Virus record (IMG/VR): IMGVR_UViG_3300038426_000018
Span: 1-56,331 of that record
DNA length: 56,331 nucleotides
Direction: 5' to 3' (one strand)
From: a virus
Taxonomy: Duplodnaviria > Caudoviricetes
Shown here piece after piece: positions 25,264-35,191 of the stretch. The notes beneath the pieces were generated by a model. That model worked only from the letters and a program-made list of their open reading frames with translations. It was not told the DNA's origin and searched no databases. Numbering within the stretch: the first letter of the stretch is position 1; the number at the start of each line of letters is the position of its first letter. The translations under genes were made by a program, and so were the position numbers.

Positions 25264-26724
25264 ATGGAAGAGCAGGAAATCAAATTAATTAAAATGTCGA
25301 ATATCGGATGCATCGAAACGCTGCAAATCAAGCCCGACATCATTACGACGATCTCCGGAGAGAACGGCGTCGGGAAAAGCAGCGTGATCAAAGCCCTGCA
25401 ATCACTCATCGAGCCTGGAGGTTGCCCGGATCTGTTAAGGGACGGGGCCGAAGAGGGCCGCGTTGAACTGTACCTTAAAAGCGGGATCGCGATAATCGAG
25501 ATCATCACGAAGGACCGAACCCGTCGAGACGTTAAACATCCAGAATTCGGGGTTCTTCCCCGGCCCGCCGAGTTCATCGGAAAGATCATCAGCCGGATCG
25601 CTTTCGACCCGGCCGGTTTCCTTACGGCGAAACCTGAGAAGCGGGTCGAGATCTTTCTCAAGTCGCTTCCTAAGACGATCACGGCCGAACAAGTATCCTT
25701 CCTTCCTCCGAACCTGGTCGCCCTGGTCGACCTTAGTCAACATGCGCTCAAGACGATCGGCGACGACAAGTCCGGGCTGTACGGTCTGCTGTACTCGAAG
25801 AGGAAGGAGGTCAACGCAGTCATTGCCGACAAGAAGGGAATGATCGGGGAACTGGAACGGACCCTTCCCCAGGCACCCGCTCCTGACGCGACCTGGCAAG
25901 GCCGCCTGCAGGAAATGAGAGACCAACTCGCCGTGCTTGAAGACAACACGACGGTGGCTGCGACGGCCATCAACAACGACGCGGACGCGGCCTACGAAGC
26001 GAAGAAAGACATTTGCACCCACGTCACTAAGGACCTCGAAAACGGACTCGTGGCGATGATCGACAAGCTGAAGGAGGAAGCCCGCGCCAAGATCCGCGAG
26101 ATCGAAACCCAACGGGACGCAGAAATCGAACGGTGGAGGGCCGACACGGCGAACGCCGTCAAGACGGCCGAGGCCGCGCGAGATCAATCCATCGGAGAGA
26201 TCAACAACCAATGCGAAGCGGCCCTCGGTGAACTGAAGAAAGGATACAGGCCCGAGCACGATCGCCTGACGGGCGACATCGCGAAGGCCGAAACCATGCT
26301 CGAACAGGACGCCAACTCCAAAGCCGCGCGGGAGCTGGTGGGCAAAGTGAAAGGCGAACTCGCCAATAAACAGATGGAGGCCGACGCCATCAGTTTACAG
26401 ATGGAAAAACTGCTCGGCCTGAAAACCTCGCTGCTGTCCGAACTCCCGATCAAAGGAATGGAGTTGATCGAGGGGCGCTTGTTCTACAACGGGGAACCTT
26501 TCGACCGGATCAACGACAGCAAGAAACACGACATCGCCGTCGAGATCATGTGCCTCAACAAAGGGCAGTTGGGCCTGATGGTTCTTGACCGCGCCGAGAT
26601 ATTCGACGATCGCCATTGGAAGCTGTTCCAGGAAGCTTGCATCCGAAGAGGAGTTCCCATCTTCGCGGCGAGGGTGACGAACCAGCCGGGGCTGCACGTC
26701 GAAACCAAAGGAAAGGAGCAATGA
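25264..26724 (+). CDS. SMC/Rad50-like coiled-coil ATPase
   Basis: Walker A GENGVGKSS; long coiled coil; Walker B-like MVLDRAE. Confidence 0.85.
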   Translation: MEEQEIKLIKMSNIGCIETLQIKPDIITTISGENGVGKSSVIKALQSLIEPGGCPDLLRDGAEEGRVELYLKSGIAIIEIITKDRTRRDVKHPEFGVLPRPAEFIGKIISRIAFDPAGFLTAKPEKRVEIFLKSLPKTITAEQVSFLPPNLVALVDLSQHALKTIGDDKSGLYGLLYSKRKEVNAVIADKKGMIGELERTLPQAPAPDATWQGRLQEMRDQLAVLEDNTTVAATAINNDADAAYEAKKDICTHVTKDLENGLVAMIDKLKEEARAKIREIETQRDAEIERWRADTANAVKTAEAARDQSIGEINNQCEAALGELKKGYRPEHDRLTGDIAKAETMLEQDANSKAARELVGKVKGELANKQMEADAISLQMEKLLGLKTSLLSELPIKGMELIEGRLFYNGEPFDRINDSKKHDIAVEIMCLNKGQLGLMVLDRAEIFDDRHWKLFQEACIRRGVPIFAARVTNQPGLHVETKGKEQ

Positions 26725-27188
26725 TGGACAAACTCGAAATCACAGTCGGCGGGAATACATTTCCGGTGGCAATCGACAAGAAAGGATTGTTCTGCGCGAC
26801 CGCGACGGACGGCTCGCAATTATGTTGCGCTACGTGGGCGCAACTGCGGGAACGGCTATCGACGATCGTCAAATCCAAGCCCGCGAACATCCGGTTTATA
26901 GAAATAGAGGAAGACTGCGAGGGCATAACGTTCAAAGAAGGCGTTGGGCTCTCGATCCATTCCGGTAACAACAACGTGATGGTCAGGTACGGGAAGAAAG
27001 CGCCGGAACAGCTATCCCGGTGGGGAACCAATAACATTTACGACCTGCGAATCAACCGCGAAAAGGTGAAGCAATTAAAAGCAGACTCTAACCGGGCCGA
27101 AAAAAAACTGCAGGATTACCTGACGCGATTCTGGCTAGACCTCTATAAAGCCGTAAGCGATAAGGCGGGAAAGGAGAAAAGCGAATGA
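26721..27188 (+). CDS. Hypothetical protein
   Basis: AAGGAG RBS; ATGA overlaps at both ends. Confidence 0.65.
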   Translation: MMDKLEITVGGNTFPVAIDKKGLFCATATDGSQLCCATWAQLRERLSTIVKSKPANIRFIEIEEDCEGITFKEGVGLSIHSGNNNVMVRYGKKAPEQLSRWGTNNIYDLRINREKVKQLKADSNRAEKKLQDYLTRFWLDLYKAVSDKAGKEKSE

Positions 27189-28018
27189 TAGATCCTAACG
27201 ACCTGCTGGTTACGAAAAAGCGGCACCTGTCCATCAGCCAACTCAACATGCTCTCCAAGTGCGGCGAGCAATACTACCAGCGGTACGGCCTCGGAAACAT
27301 AAAGCCTCCGGGGATTGCAGCCATCGTGGGCCGCACCGTAGACAACAGCGTGACGAACAACCTCGGGTGCAAACTCAAGGGCGAACCGCTGATGTCTTTG
27401 GAGGCCGTCCGGGATCTCACCGCAGACAATTACCAACACATGATCAAAAACGAAGAGATCGCCCTCTCGCGCGAAGAGATGGCCTACGGGAAAGACATCG
27501 TGTTGGGAGAAGGGAAGGACAAGGCGATCCGGTTGGCTAGGCTTCACGCCACCGAGTTCGCGCCCAAGATCAAGCCGACCCACCTTCAGAGGAAAGTCGA
27601 AGTGATCCTCGAAAATTTTCCCTACGACCTGGTGGGGTACATCGACATCCAGGAAGGCTTGCAGGCCATCCGCGACACGAAGACGGCCAAGAAAACTCCT
27701 CCGAAGGACGTCGCGGACAAAGAGGACCAGTTGACCATATACGCGCTGATGGCGTGGCGCATCGACGGCGAGATCGTGAAAGAGTTGTCGATGGATTACC
27801 TGATTGACATCGCGATTCCGAAGGCGGTCCCGTTCAAGAGTACGCGCACCGTTTCGGATTTCCAGGTCCTCCTGCGGAGGGTCGAAGTCGCGGCGAAGGC
27901 CCTGCAGGCGGGCATATTCGTTCCCGCCAGGGAAACCGATTGGTGGTGTTCCGAAAAATGGTGCGGCTATTATCCCGAGTGCAAATACGTGAAGCGAATC
28001 AAACGACCTGAGAACTAA
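27185..28018 (+). CDS. PD-(D/E)xK RecB/Cas4-like exonuclease
   Basis: HLSISQL..C, GYID, DTKT, QLTIY, C-terminal CSEKWCGYYPEC. Confidence 0.85.
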   Translation: MIDPNDLLVTKKRHLSISQLNMLSKCGEQYYQRYGLGNIKPPGIAAIVGRTVDNSVTNNLGCKLKGEPLMSLEAVRDLTADNYQHMIKNEEIALSREEMAYGKDIVLGEGKDKAIRLARLHATEFAPKIKPTHLQRKVEVILENFPYDLVGYIDIQEGLQAIRDTKTAKKTPPKDVADKEDQLTIYALMAWRIDGEIVKELSMDYLIDIAIPKAVPFKSTRTVSDFQVLLRRVEVAAKALQAGIFVPARETDWWCSEKWCGYYPECKYVKRIKRPEN

Positions 28019-28058
28019 GCGGCTTTATTTTCCAATCATGAAAGGAGATTCAAAGAGT

Positions 28059-29147
28059 ATGGACGAAAAGAAAGAAGAAACAGGGTTGACCACGACCACG
28101 GAACAAACCGGAGAGATCGTCCCGAGCATGAGTTCGGCGGCGGTCGAAGCCGAGATCCGAGCGGCGATCACGGTCGCCCTGAAGTTTCCCCGCAACGAGG
28201 ACAAGGCGTTCCAGAAACTCATGAAAGCCTGCGACCGTCCCGCCTTCGCCGCGGACGTTTCCTACGAGTTCCCGAGAGGAGGGAAGCCCATCACCGGCCC
28301 GAGCGTGTACGTCGCGAGGGAAGCGGCCCGCGTGTGGGGCAACGTTCGCTACGGCCTGAACGTGGTGGCAGACGACGAAAACTTCAGGACGATAGAAGCC
28401 TGGGCGTGGGACCTGGAAAGCAACACGAAGGTGTACGCGCAGGACACGTTCGAGAAATCCATCCAACGTCGGCAGTACGACAAGGCAGGGAACTATACCG
28501 GGACGAAATGGATCAAGCCCGATGAAAGGGATCTCCGCGAACTCATGAACCGTCGCGGCGCCATCTGCACCCGGAACTGCATCCTGCAGTTGATGCCCTC
28601 GGATCTGATAGACGACGCGATCGCGCGGTCGAAGCAGACCCTGCAGAAGCACGTCACGCAGGACCCCGAAGCCGCCAAGAAAGCGGTGATCCTGGCCTTC
28701 TCCGGAATCAACGTCGGCGTGGAACAGCTCGAACAACTGCTAGGCCACCCGATAGGAACCAGCCAAGCCACCGAGATCGTGCAGCTGCGGGCGATCTGGA
28801 AGTCGATCGCGGACGGCAACTCGACCTGGGCAGAATACATCGCGCCCAAAGCTGCTGCCGGCGAGACGGGAGCCTTGGACATGTCCAACCTGAAGGCCCC
28901 GGAGGACCCCTCCAAAACCCCGGAAAAACCCGAGGGTGGTAATAAGGGTACCGCCGAGAACGCCTCGCCTGGGTCTGCACAGACCACAGAATCCGACGCA
29001 GAACGTCAGCGCAAGACCGATCTTGAATTTCTTGAGCGCCAGCAGGTAGGAGCGGAACAACCCTCCAAGCCTGCCACCAACGGCAAGACGGACTCTCAAC
29101 CGGCCGGGACGGGGCCGACCAACCTTTTCGACCGGAAACGGAAATAG
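28059..29147 (+). CDS. Putative recombination / ssDNA-annealing protein
   Basis: FPR..YEFPRGG..ITGPSV..A..WGN..AWDLESN; located directly after the exonuclease. Confidence 0.55.
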   Translation: MDEKKEETGLTTTTEQTGEIVPSMSSAAVEAEIRAAITVALKFPRNEDKAFQKLMKACDRPAFAADVSYEFPRGGKPITGPSVYVAREAARVWGNVRYGLNVVADDENFRTIEAWAWDLESNTKVYAQDTFEKSIQRRQYDKAGNYTGTKWIKPDERDLRELMNRRGAICTRNCILQLMPSDLIDDAIARSKQTLQKHVTQDPEAAKKAVILAFSGINVGVEQLEQLLGHPIGTSQATEIVQLRAIWKSIADGNSTWAEYIAPKAAAGETGALDMSNLKAPEDPSKTPEKPEGGNKGTAENASPGSAQTTESDAERQRKTDLEFLERQQVGAEQPSKPATNGKTDSQPAGTGPTNLFDRKRK

Positions 29148-29162
29148 AAAGGAGGAGCGGAT

Positions 29163-29801
29163 ATGGCTTTCAAGAACATCGGGGAAGTCGTGTTGAAGGG
29201 CGAGCGCATGCAGGTCGTGCAGGGCTGGTACGTCGGCAAGCGGATCGCCTATCAAATCATCTGCTCGAACGGCGAACCTTTCATGAAGGTCACCGTCAAT
29301 CTGCCGGATGCGGAATACAAACTACACAAGGGCGAATTCTGCGTGAAGACCTGGTCGGAGAACGAGCCCTATGTTGCGGACCTCCTGCGGAGCGGGCTGT
29401 TCGTCGACACCGGCAAGCGCGTTCCTTCAGGCTTCTGCGAGGCGTCCGTCTGGAAGCTGGCAGACCGGCCGCCCGTCAGGGCCAAGGAGGTTATCATTCG
29501 CGGCGATTCTGCCACCCGCCAGGTCTGGATAAACGGAAAGCTGCTCGATCCTAAGCGAAGCCAGAAGATCTTTAACCATTCGCCGGATGGTTTCAATTGG
29601 GGTTACGGCGGCTCGGGTCCGGCGCAACTGGCCCTGGCGATCCTGTTGGAGCTCGTCGACAAAAGCACGGCGGTTTCCTGGCATCAGGATTTCAAATTCG
29701 GTTTCGTGGCGCGGCTGCCGCAGGGCGAGCATTTCGAGGCCAAGATCCCGGACGCCTGGGCTTCCAGAATCCAGATGGCGAGAGAAGCGAGGCCAGCATG
29801 A
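29163..29801 (+). CDS. Two-domain protein (DUF4313-like + DUF6166-like)
   Basis: VTVNL..KTWSEN..GLFVDTG..SGF; HSPDGFNWGYGGSGPAQLALAIL. Confidence 0.65.
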   Translation: MAFKNIGEVVLKGERMQVVQGWYVGKRIAYQIICSNGEPFMKVTVNLPDAEYKLHKGEFCVKTWSENEPYVADLLRSGLFVDTGKRVPSGFCEASVWKLADRPPVRAKEVIIRGDSATRQVWINGKLLDPKRSQKIFNHSPDGFNWGYGGSGPAQLALAILLELVDKSTAVSWHQDFKFGFVARLPQGEHFEAKIPDAWASRIQMAREARPA

Positions 29802-29962
29802 GAAAATCAGGATTCTATTGGGTTGATTGGCCCGGAGGCGACGGTTGGCAACCGGCGCAATGGGATGCCGACGAGCAATGTTGGTATGCGATTAATTGGG
29901 AGTTCGCCTTGCATGATTCCGATTTCGCAGAGATCGGGTCAGAGATCGTGAGGCCAGCGTGA
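29798..29962 (+). CDS. Small hypothetical protein
   Basis: ATGA overlap; MRKSGFYWV..W. Confidence 0.6.
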   Translation: MRKSGFYWVDWPGGDGWQPAQWDADEQCWYAINWEFALHDSDFAEIGSEIVRPA

Positions 29963-30114
29963 AACTCAGGGTCGAATTCAAACTGTCTGATTGTTGGATC
30001 GGCGCTTTCTGGCGTACGTCCTACAACGAGTGGAATCAAAGGTACGAAACGGATTTATGGATCTGCCTCTTGCCGTGCGTACCTTTGCGTTTCACCTGGA
30101 AAGCGAAATTATAA
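29959..30114 (+). CDS. 51-aa hypothetical protein MKLRVEFKLSDCWIGAFW...LWICLLPCVP
   Basis: GTGA overlap upstream and TAATG overlap downstream. Confidence 0.6.
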   Translation: MKLRVEFKLSDCWIGAFWRTSYNEWNQRYETDLWICLLPCVPLRFTWKAKL

Positions 30115-30644
30115 TGCAGAAATTTCTCGGAATAGACCCAGGGAAAAGCGGAGGCATCGCCCTCTTGACCGACGACGACATCCTGCAGGTTTGGCCTATG
30201 CCGTCGTCGGAAAGGATGGTCGCGTCGTTCTTCGAGAAGCGGATCATCCCGGCCGGGATCACCTTCGCCCTGATTGAACACGAGCAGGGATGGAGCGGGG
30301 AAGCGCAGGACCGCGTCACGAAATTCATTCGGGGTTTCGGAATCCTCCTCGGAATCCTTTACATGTCCCACATCGATTTCGACGAGATCTGGGCGCAGAC
30401 TTGGCACAAGGCCCTCGGGATAAAGCAGCGGTACAAACCGCCGAAGCCGAAGCCAGGGTTCGCCCTCGTCAATTTCATACCGGAAGAAACGAAGGCTCAA
30501 TTCAAAAACAGGTTGTGCGGCCACGCCAAACAGCTTTTCCCCGGCCACGATTCGGATCTCGATCTTGACACCTGCGACGCGGCGTTGATCGCCGAGACGG
30601 CTCGCCGGATCCGCACGGGCTATCGGGGCAAGGCGTTGTTCTAA
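30114..30644 (+). CDS. RuvC-like Holliday junction resolvase
   Basis: FLGIDPGKSGGIA, ALIE, DAALIA. Confidence 0.8.
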   Translation: MQKFLGIDPGKSGGIALLTDDDILQVWPMPSSERMVASFFEKRIIPAGITFALIEHEQGWSGEAQDRVTKFIRGFGILLGILYMSHIDFDEIWAQTWHKALGIKQRYKPPKPKPGFALVNFIPEETKAQFKNRLCGHAKQLFPGHDSDLDLDTCDAALIAETARRIRTGYRGKALF

Positions 30645-30656
30645 AAGGAGGTCGCT

Positions 30657-30860
30657 TTGAAGGAATTCTCCGCAACGATAACGTGGAAAGACAAACTGCT
30701 CGGAAGGCGGTTTGAAGTCACCTTCGCCGCTTGGCCGAAAGGCCAACAGGTTCCTGAAGTCCGAGAGTTTTCGTTCATGTCTGACGCCGTCTTTTACGCT
30801 CAGAACAGCATGGTCGAGGCCCTGCAGGGCGTCAGCCATTTCCAAATCGAGGAGACGTAA
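30657..30860 (+). CDS. Hypothetical protein
   Basis: AAGGAGG RBS; TTG start. Confidence 0.6.
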   Translation: MKEFSATITWKDKLLGRRFEVTFAAWPKGQQVPEVREFSFMSDAVFYAQNSMVEALQGVSHFQIEET

Positions 30861-31138
30861 TGGCGATCGACAAAGGGAAGTTGGGCTATCTGCTGCAGCA
30901 GGCGATCGGCGCGCGAATTCGTTCCTACGCCATGATAGACGAGGTTCGGAAACTCATCGCGCCGGACGACTCGCCCGAACCCTGTCAGCAGTTGGTCGAA
31001 AACGCCGTCGCCGATTACGTGGATTGTTCGGCGCTGAACCTTTCGCCGGCGCAGGTCGCGTTGATCGGAGAAGACGACGCGAACACGCTGTTGGAGGAGT
31101 GGATCGGCCCCGTCAAAAAGGGCGAGAAGGAAACTTGA
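30860..31138 (+). CDS. Hypothetical protein
   Basis: TAATG coupling; GGAG RBS. Confidence 0.65.
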   Translation: MAIDKGKLGYLLQQAIGARIRSYAMIDEVRKLIAPDDSPEPCQQLVENAVADYVDCSALNLSPAQVALIGEDDANTLLEEWIGPVKKGEKET

Positions 31139-31542
31139 TGCTCGTATCCGCAATCATTCACATGATTGACCGCGAGTCGCTGGAGGCCCAGCCGGTCGCG
31201 GTGTTCATGAACCAAGCGACGCTCGATCGCATGATGTCCGAAATCATGGGTCCGCTGTTTCCCGACCAACCAGTTCACCTCTCCTTCTTCGTGATCGCGG
31301 GGGTGTCTGCGCTGCCGGTGGATTCCATGCCGTCCGGGTTGATCGTGCTGGTTGGCGATCGCCAACAAGTCCAACGCTTATATTCAAAAGGAGAGAAAGA
31401 TGGCGCGAACGAAGCAGGACTCCGTTCCCAAACAGGAGCGGCTGCCGGGGACCACCAACGCGATCCCCGAACTGGACGACATAGGCCACGAGTTTCACAA
31501 GATCCGAAAGCAGAGGATGAAACTAACCACCCTCGAAGTTGA
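31138..31542 (+). CDS. Hypothetical protein (3' end overlaps the next gene)
   Basis: TGATG coupling; the tail overlapping 31400 looks non-native. Confidence 0.5.
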   Translation: MLVSAIIHMIDRESLEAQPVAVFMNQATLDRMMSEIMGPLFPDQPVHLSFFVIAGVSALPVDSMPSGLIVLVGDRQQVQRLYSKGEKDGANEAGLRSQTGAAAGDHQRDPRTGRHRPRVSQDPKAEDETNHPRS

Positions 31543-31699
31543 ACTCGAAGGGCGGGCTTCCAAGGCCCTGCACAAACACGGGCTTAATTCCTATAAATAT
31601 CAGGACCTCACGATGTGGATCGAACCGGGCAAGGAGAAGGTCAAAGTCCGCGTCGACAAAAGCGGGAAGGACGAACCCGACCCGGAGGGCAATGACTAG
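31400..31699 (+). CDS. Hypothetical basic protein
   Basis: AAGGAG RBS; coiled coil then beta pattern. Confidence 0.65.
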   Translation: MARTKQDSVPKQERLPGTTNAIPELDDIGHEFHKIRKQRMKLTTLEVELEGRASKALHKHGLNSYKYQDLTMWIEPGKEKVKVRVDKSGKDEPDPEGND

Positions 31700-31769
31700 C
31701 AAGTAATACAGCGGCCGATCATATACCGGCCGGTAATACAGCACGGAATCGCACCCGGAGGAAGTCATC

Positions 31770-32054
31770 ATGCAAATGTTTTGGTTTTGGATTCTCGTTC
31801 TCGGCGGCGGGAGAATCGAGTTCGAGAAGAAGAAGAAAAAGCGGAAGGCGGTCGACCTGTATGTAAAGATCGACCGCGCCCGCTCCGAACAGATCCCGTT
31901 GCACAAAGCGGCCCTGTGCGTCAACTGCGACAACATAGTCGAGACCGATCGCTATTGTCCCGCCTGCGGTAGTTCATCCCTGTTGAACCTGGCCCGGATT
32001 TTGAACCGGGAGAAAAAGAGAGCGAACCTATGGCGACTTACGTCGACCCGATAA
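31770..32054 (+). CDS. Zinc-ribbon protein
   Basis: CVNCD..CPACGS; GGAGG RBS. Confidence 0.65.
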   Translation: MQMFWFWILVLGGGRIEFEKKKKKRKAVDLYVKIDRARSEQIPLHKAALCVNCDNIVETDRYCPACGSSSLLNLARILNREKKRANLWRLTSTR

Positions 32055-32308
32055 GGCGCACGTTGAAGAACAAGATCTGGCCCTTCGAGACGGCCTGTCA
32101 CATGATCGCGGATTCGCTGCAGGAGTTGCACGCCATGGCCGACGCGATCGGGTTGAAGCGATCGTGGTTCCAAGCCAATGCCGCCCTTCCCCACTACGAT
32201 TTGACGGCGAACAAACGGTACCAGGCCGTCAGGCACGGCGCGGTCGAGATCTCGTTCCAGGAAGTCGCAGACAAAGCGAAAGCGAAAAGGAGGTCCGCGA
32301 ATGAATAG
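32030..32308 (+). CDS. DUF4031-like protein
   Basis: YVD..CHMIADSLQELHAMA..IGLKRSWFQ..PHYDLT. Confidence 0.85.
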   Translation: MATYVDPIRRTLKNKIWPFETACHMIADSLQELHAMADAIGLKRSWFQANAALPHYDLTANKRYQAVRHGAVEISFQEVADKAKAKRRSANE

Positions 32309-33218
32309 TCAAAAGCCTGACGGCATATCGTACGTCGATTACACCTGGAATCCCGTGGTCGGCTGCACGGAGATTTCGAACAAGTGCAAGAATTGTTGGG
32401 CGCGGTCGCAGGCCCACGTTCACTATCGTCAGGAGTTCACCCACTTCGGCGTCGAAGGGGTCCGCTGGAACCAGCGGGCGAAGTTTTTCCCGGAGAGATT
32501 GGACGAACCGAAGAAGGTCAAGAAGCCTTCGCGGATCGCCGTCGCTTTCATGGGCGATCTGTACCACGAGAACGTCGCGCCGATGGCGCAGCGGCTCGTC
32601 TTCTCCTCGATCGACAACACGCCCTGGCACACCTTCTTGATCTGCACGGCGCGGCCGCAGCGGATGTGCGAAGAGATCACGGCCAACAGCATGTTCGCGG
32701 ATTTCAAGGCGCGACCTTATCCGAACGTGTGGCTCATGACGTCCGTCGAGGACCAGGCGAACGCGAACGAGCGAATCCCCTGGCTTCTCAGGACCCCGGC
32801 GCACGTGCGCGGAGTCAGCGCCGAACCCCTGCTCGGGTCGATCGACTTCCACAAGATTAAGATGGGCTGCGGGTGGGATTCGATCTCCTGCGCTTGTTCT
32901 CCCAGGGCCTGCCAACACGCGACCTTGGATTGGATCGTCGCGGGCGGGGAATCAGGCCCCAAGGCGAGGCCCACTCCTCCTGCCTGCTTTCGCGAGATCC
33001 GCGATCAATGCAGCGACGTGGGGATACCCTTCCACTTCAAACAGCACGGCGAATGGATCGGATACGACGACATCGGGGATCTGGCCTATGATCTGCCGGC
33101 GATGAAACCGAAAGTCTATGGTTGGCCGGACGGCCGCTGTTCTTATCGAATCGGCGCCAGCCTGAGCGGGCGCATGTTGGACGGCCGGGAATGGCTCGGC
33201 CTTCCGAGGGTGGCGTGA
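32301..33218 (+). CDS. DUF5131 / phage Gp37-Gp68 family radical-SAM-like protein
   Basis: TWNPVVGC.EIS..CKNCWA, MGDLYHE, SAEPLLG, WIVAGGESG, PFHFKQ.G. Confidence 0.9.
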   Translation: MNSQKPDGISYVDYTWNPVVGCTEISNKCKNCWARSQAHVHYRQEFTHFGVEGVRWNQRAKFFPERLDEPKKVKKPSRIAVAFMGDLYHENVAPMAQRLVFSSIDNTPWHTFLICTARPQRMCEEITANSMFADFKARPYPNVWLMTSVEDQANANERIPWLLRTPAHVRGVSAEPLLGSIDFHKIKMGCGWDSISCACSPRACQHATLDWIVAGGESGPKARPTPPACFREIRDQCSDVGIPFHFKQHGEWIGYDDIGDLAYDLPAMKPKVYGWPDGRCSYRIGASLSGRMLDGREWLGLPRVA

Positions 33219-33457
33219 TGCCGATAAAAGTAAGTTCCTACGCTTGCAAGTTTCGATGCGGGTGGGTTCGCGCCAATTTCAAAAGCGTAGAAAACCACGA
33301 AAAAACCTGCTTCGGAAACCCCGGGCGGAAAGCCTGCAGGACTTGTTTTTTCTGGGATCAAGACGAAGAAGGCCGCTTTTGCAGGAAGTTCGAGGACGAT
33401 CGAGGTTCGAAAGATCTCCAATTCAACTGCGAAGGCTGGTTTCCAAAACCGAACTGA
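33218..33457 (+). CDS. Small Cys-rich (Zn-finger) protein
   Basis: CKFRCG..HEKTC..NP..KACRTC. Confidence 0.65.
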   Translation: MPIKVSSYACKFRCGWVRANFKSVENHEKTCFGNPGRKACRTCFFWDQDEEGRFCRKFEDDRGSKDLQFNCEGWFPKPN

Positions 33458-33472
33458 AAGGAGTCAACCGCA

Positions 33473-33667
33473 ATGACACCGGAAGAAATGATTAACCTCG
33501 AACGCGGCGACCTAGTCCGGCTCAAAGGATCTGGCACTAGTTTCGTCGTTACGGAACAACACGGCGTGCGAGTCACGGTCGTACGAACGATGGAAATGAG
33601 CAACCCGGCCGAGTGGGAAAAGGTCGAACTCAAAAGAAAGGAGTCGAGCCGTGGAACTAAACGCTAA
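33473..33667 (+). CDS. Hypothetical protein
   Basis: AAGGAG RBS. Confidence 0.6.
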   Translation: MTPEEMINLERGDLVRLKGSGTSFVVTEQHGVRVTVVRTMEMSNPAEWEKVELKRKESSRGTKR

Positions 33668-33863
33668 AAACAAAGCCTACATCGACGGGTTGAACTACTA
33701 CCAGTTGCTTCAATACTACCGCTTCGCCCGCGCGGGCGACCCGTGGTTTCAGGGCGAGACGGGGATCTATTGGGGCGACCGCATGAACGAGTTGAGGTCC
33801 AAAGAAGGAGGGCAAGAGGCCCACGTCGCCGCGTCGAAAGGGATCGGGTGGGAAAAGCCATGA
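33651..33863 (+). CDS. Hypothetical protein
   Basis: AAGGAG RBS; RFA..GDPWFQGETG.Y, SK.IGW. Confidence 0.65.
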   Translation: MELNAKNKAYIDGLNYYQLLQYYRFARAGDPWFQGETGIYWGDRMNELRSKEGGQEAHVAASKGIGWEKP

Positions 33864-34147
33864 GGATCAACAGCAGCGTCACCAGCTACGCCCTCGTCTA
33901 TCGGGCGACCCTCAACCCGCAGACCCGCCAGGTCGAGAAATCAGATACTCCGATAGGAATGGTGGGGCCTCATCACCGCGTGGCCGACGCCGAAGCAGCG
34001 GCCAAGCGCGAATTCAAATTCGGGCCTACCGAAGCGCCGTACCTGGCGTCGGTCCCGATAGCGACTTATCGCAAGATCGAAAAGATCATGAAAAAGCAAA
34101 ACCTGGATTTCGCGGCGGCCTGGTCCGTCCACCGGAGCCGAGGATGA
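33860..34147 (+). CDS. Hypothetical protein
   Basis: ATGA coupling at both ends. Confidence 0.6.
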   Translation: MRINSSVTSYALVYRATLNPQTRQVEKSDTPIGMVGPHHRVADAEAAAKREFKFGPTEAPYLASVPIATYRKIEKIMKKQNLDFAAAWSVHRSRG

Positions 34148-34482
34148 TCTGTCCTTTCTGCGGACGCGAAGCCGTATGGTGCGAGAACAAGGCCATCTAC
34201 GGCAGGAACTTCGGGAAGTCGTACATGTGCTATTTCTGCAAGCCGTGCAACGCGTACGTGGGCTGTCACCAAAACACGCGCGTTCCTCTGGGCACGATGG
34301 CGAACGCGGAACTGCGGGCGTGGAGAATGAAGGCCCACGCCCACGTCGACCCGATCTGGCGATCAGGCCAGATGACCAGAAGGCAGCTTTACAGAAGGCT
34401 CAAAGAGATATTCGGACGGCAGATCCACATCGCCGAAAGCGACGTTGAGCAATGCCGGCAGATCTTAGAAATTAAGTTTTGA
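34144..34482 (+). CDS. Zinc-finger protein (DUF3268-like)
   Basis: CPFCG, C.PCNAYVGCH..PLGTMANAELR..R.KAH..DPIW. Confidence 0.8.
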   Translation: MICPFCGREAVWCENKAIYGRNFGKSYMCYFCKPCNAYVGCHQNTRVPLGTMANAELRAWRMKAHAHVDPIWRSGQMTRRQLYRRLKEIFGRQIHIAESDVEQCRQILEIKF

Positions 34483-34496
34483 AAGGAGTCACCCCG

Positions 34497-34826
34497 ATGA
34501 AATGTGCTGATTGCGAACGCGCCCGAATGCAGGGCACGATGACCTATTATAGTTGGCGCGGAACGCCCGTCACCATCATCGCTTGCCGGAATCACTTCCG
34601 GGAGATCCGCGACGCCCTGAACAAGGCGCAGACGAACCCGGATTTCACCGAACAAGAAATCGAGACCATCGTCGACGACCAGCTGACGACTTTGCATTCC
34701 TTCCACCTCGGAGGCTATTCCGAATGCAAAATCGACGAATGCCCTCTCGAACACTTCCACGAACTCGAAGCCGACGAGATCCACGCCCGTCAGAAAATGC
34801 TCAAACTGCTCGGGGGTGCCCGATGA
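34497..34826 (+). CDS. Hypothetical Cys/His-rich protein
   Basis: AAGGAG RBS; CADC..C..H. Confidence 0.6.
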   Translation: MKCADCERARMQGTMTYYSWRGTPVTIIACRNHFREIRDALNKAQTNPDFTEQEIETIVDDQLTTLHSFHLGGYSECKIDECPLEHFHELEADEIHARQKMLKLLGGAR

Positions 34827-35191
34827 CAGCCGAAGAATACGAGGCCACGTTGGTGATGATGTCTAGCGTGGGGCGAACGGTTCAACTATTGGACCTCGAC
34901 GCGTTCCTGCAGGCGATCGACTTGGCGGAAACCACCGGCGCGATCATAGATCCGACCTTGTACCGCGCGGCCATGACGAAAATGCAAGCCATCAAAAAGA
35001 TGGCCCTGGCGCTTCGGGAATTCAAGCGGGCCGTGTTGGAGGTCAAAGCGGAATTCGGAACGGAGGGGCCACGAAACCGCGACAGGGAATCAAACACCCC
35101 GACTGGCTGCTCGACGCCGAGAGGGAGATCAACAAAACTTTCGCGACCTGGCACCACGACAAATTTCCAAAGGAGATCGAAGGTTTCATGA
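34823..35191 (+). CDS. Hypothetical protein
   Basis: ATGA coupling; IIDPTLYR motif. Confidence 0.6.
   Translation: MTAEEYEATLVMMSSVGRTVQLLDLDAFLQAIDLAETTGAIIDPTLYRAAMTKMQAIKKMALALREFKRAVLEVKAEFGTEGPRNRDRESNTPTGCSTPRGRSTKLSRPGTTTNFQRRSKVS

Noticed and set aside
27185-28018. CRISPR-Cas (Cas4-like gene)
   Set aside because: No repeat-spacer array or other cas genes; the context is a phage recombination module
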